DNA of 64,000 nucleotides from Candidatus Eiseniibacteriota bacterium (GTDB lineage: Bacteria; Eisenbacteria; RBG-16-71-46), in assembly GCA_963725865.1 (NCBI GenBank), contig CAVSAC010000010.1, positions 192,001 through 256,000 on the forward strand, written 5' to 3'. Each line of letters opens with the position of its first letter. The stretch's first letter is position 1. The notes under the pieces are model-generated. The model made no database searches and had not been told where the DNA came from. It was given only the letters and a program-made list of their open reading frames with translations. The position numbers and the translations under genes were made by a program. Shown here piece by piece: positions 62,695 to 64,000 of the stretch.

Positions 62695-64000
62695 CTAGTT
62701 CGACGCCATCGAGGTAATGAGCCGCGGCGTCACGAAGATGATCAGCTCGCGGTTCTGGCGGGTGTTGCTGTCCGAGCGGAACAGCATGCCCAGCAGCGGC
62801 ACGTCCATCAGGAACGGCACGCCCCGGCGCACCTGCGAGTCGTTCGTGCGGATCAGGCCGCCGATGACCGCGGTCTGGCCGTCGTCCACCATCACGCGGG
62901 TGTCCGCCTCGGAGGTGTTGATGATGACGCCGCCCTGCACGGTGCTCTGCGTCGCGAGGTCGCTGACTTCGGGGTGCAGGTCCATGATGATCTTCTTGTC
63001 CTGCGTCAAGTGCGGCGTGACACGGAGCTGGATGCCGACGGTCTGGAGCTGCGACACCGGGTTGCCGGCGACGTCCTGGACGATGAGCGGGATCTTCTGC
63101 CCGACCAGGATCTTCGCCTCGCGATTGTCGACCGTGGTGATGCGCGGGTTGGAGATGATGTTCGCCTTGCGGTTCTGCTCCAGCGTCTGCAACTGGCCTT
63201 CGATCGACGCCCAGTCCTTGAAGATGCCGAACGTCAGGCGGTTCGCGGGATCACCGATCCCGGTATTGTGCTCGCCGCCGAGGATCATGGTCCCGTCGTC
63301 GCTGTGCGCAAAGCCGCCGCCCGGAAGGACCTTCGTGCCGGGGTCGGCCGGGTTGTCGGTACCCGTGAAGAACTCCGGACCATCGACCCTCTGTCCGACG
63401 TTCCACTCGATGCCGATCTGACGCAGCGCCTCGGCGTCCACGTCCACCAGCTTGGCGGTGATCTCGATCTGCGGCGTCGTCGAGTCGAGATCCATCGCCA
63501 TCTTCTCGACCTTGTCGACGTTCGACTCGAGATCGCTCACGATCAGCGAGTTCGTCCGCTTCTCGACCTGGATCACGCCGCGCTTCGTGAGCGACGGCTG
63601 GAGCGACTGCGCGAGCTCGCCGGCATTCGCGTAGTTCAGCCGGATGATGCGGGTGTCGAGCGGGGCGACGTCCATCTGCTTCGCCCGCGACGACTCGCGC
63701 TCGAGCGACTCGGACTGCAGCTTCTGCGCGTCGTCGACGCGCAAGATGCCGCCCTCGTCCACGTACTCGAGGTTGTTGCTGCGAAGGATCGTGCGCAGTG
63801 CGTCCTGCCAGCTGACGTTGCGCAGGGCGACCTTGACGGTACCCTTGACGTTGTTGGCGACGACGATGTTGCGTCCGCTGAACTCGGCCACCGCCCGGAC
63901 CACGGTGCGGATGTCCGCGCCTTCGACGTCGATGCTGAAGGTCCCGGATCCGGTGCGCACCATGCCGACCTGCTGCATGGCCGATGGCTGCTGCGCCGAC
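62695..64000 (-). CDS. pilQ: Type IV pilus secretin PilQ (N-terminus beyond the window)
   Basis: ADIRTV, RLNYANA, RTNSLIV, NPRITTVDN, VIGGL, VPFLMDVPLLGMLF, ELIIFVTP. Confidence 0.93.
   Translation of the reverse strand, partial: SAQQPSAMQQVGMVRTGSGTFSIDVEGADIRTVVRAVAEFSGRNIVVANNVKGTVKVALRNVSWQDALRTILRSNNLEYVDEGGILRVDDAQKLQSESLERESSRAKQMDVAPLDTRIIRLNYANAGELAQSLQPSLTKRGVIQVEKRTNSLIVSDLESNVDKVEKMAMDLDSTTPQIEITAKLVDVDAEALRQIGIEWNVGQRVDGPEFFTGTDNPADPGTKVLPGGGFAHSDDGTMILGGEHNTGIGDPANRLTFGIFKDWASIEGQLQTLEQNRKANIISNPRITTVDNREAKILVGQKIPLIVQDVAGNPVSQLQTVGIQLRVTPHLTQDKKIIMDLHPEVSDLATQSTVQGGVIINTSEADTRVMVDDGQTAVIGGLIRTNDSQVRRGVPFLMDVPLLGMLFRSDSNTRQNRELIIFVTPRLITSMASN

Overview
A very GC-rich chromosomal segment from a diderm (LPS-producing) bacterium. 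It is almost entirely housekeeping genes, densely packed on the minus strand with frequent 4-nt NTGA stop/start overlaps; only one small gene (DUF3467-like) is on the plus strand. In transcription order (right to left): pilQ (partial), aroK, lipoprotein plus LolA-like pair, rsmD-coaD-pta-FmdB-like, a degenerate aconitase, obgE, HEAT protein, dprA, lipid A acyltransferase, thioesterase, a degenerate GAF histidine kinase, tRNA-Phe, tRNA-Thr, glmS with a long structured leader, ridA, selD with an in-frame UGA (selenocysteine) followed by tRNA-Sec, lepA and two lepB, hemW-hrcA-grpE-dnaJ-rsmE, rpsU-cvpA-mutS2-dnaG-rpoD, tRNA-Ile2, tRNA-Val, zinc-ribbon protein, patatin, TMTC-like glycosyltransferase, RNase HI, rnpB, recJ-rel-dtd-maf, rplM-rpsI-rpsB-tsf-pyrH-frr-uppS-cdsA-dxr, three LPS glycosyltransferases, rseP, Omp85/TamA, TamB, and a metallopeptidase/beta-propeller protein (partial). 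No mobile element, CRISPR array or rRNA was seen. The most interesting signals are two full-length apparent pseudo-enzymes (an aconitase lacking all Fe-S/catalytic residues and a histidine kinase lacking its phospho-His), a divergent glmS-ribozyme-like leader, and the Sec-containing SelD, whose tRNA-Sec lies inside an open frame of the next gene. Two +1 frameshifts (dxr, GT9) are probably assembly errors. All calls are from motif recognition by eye; no database searches were run.
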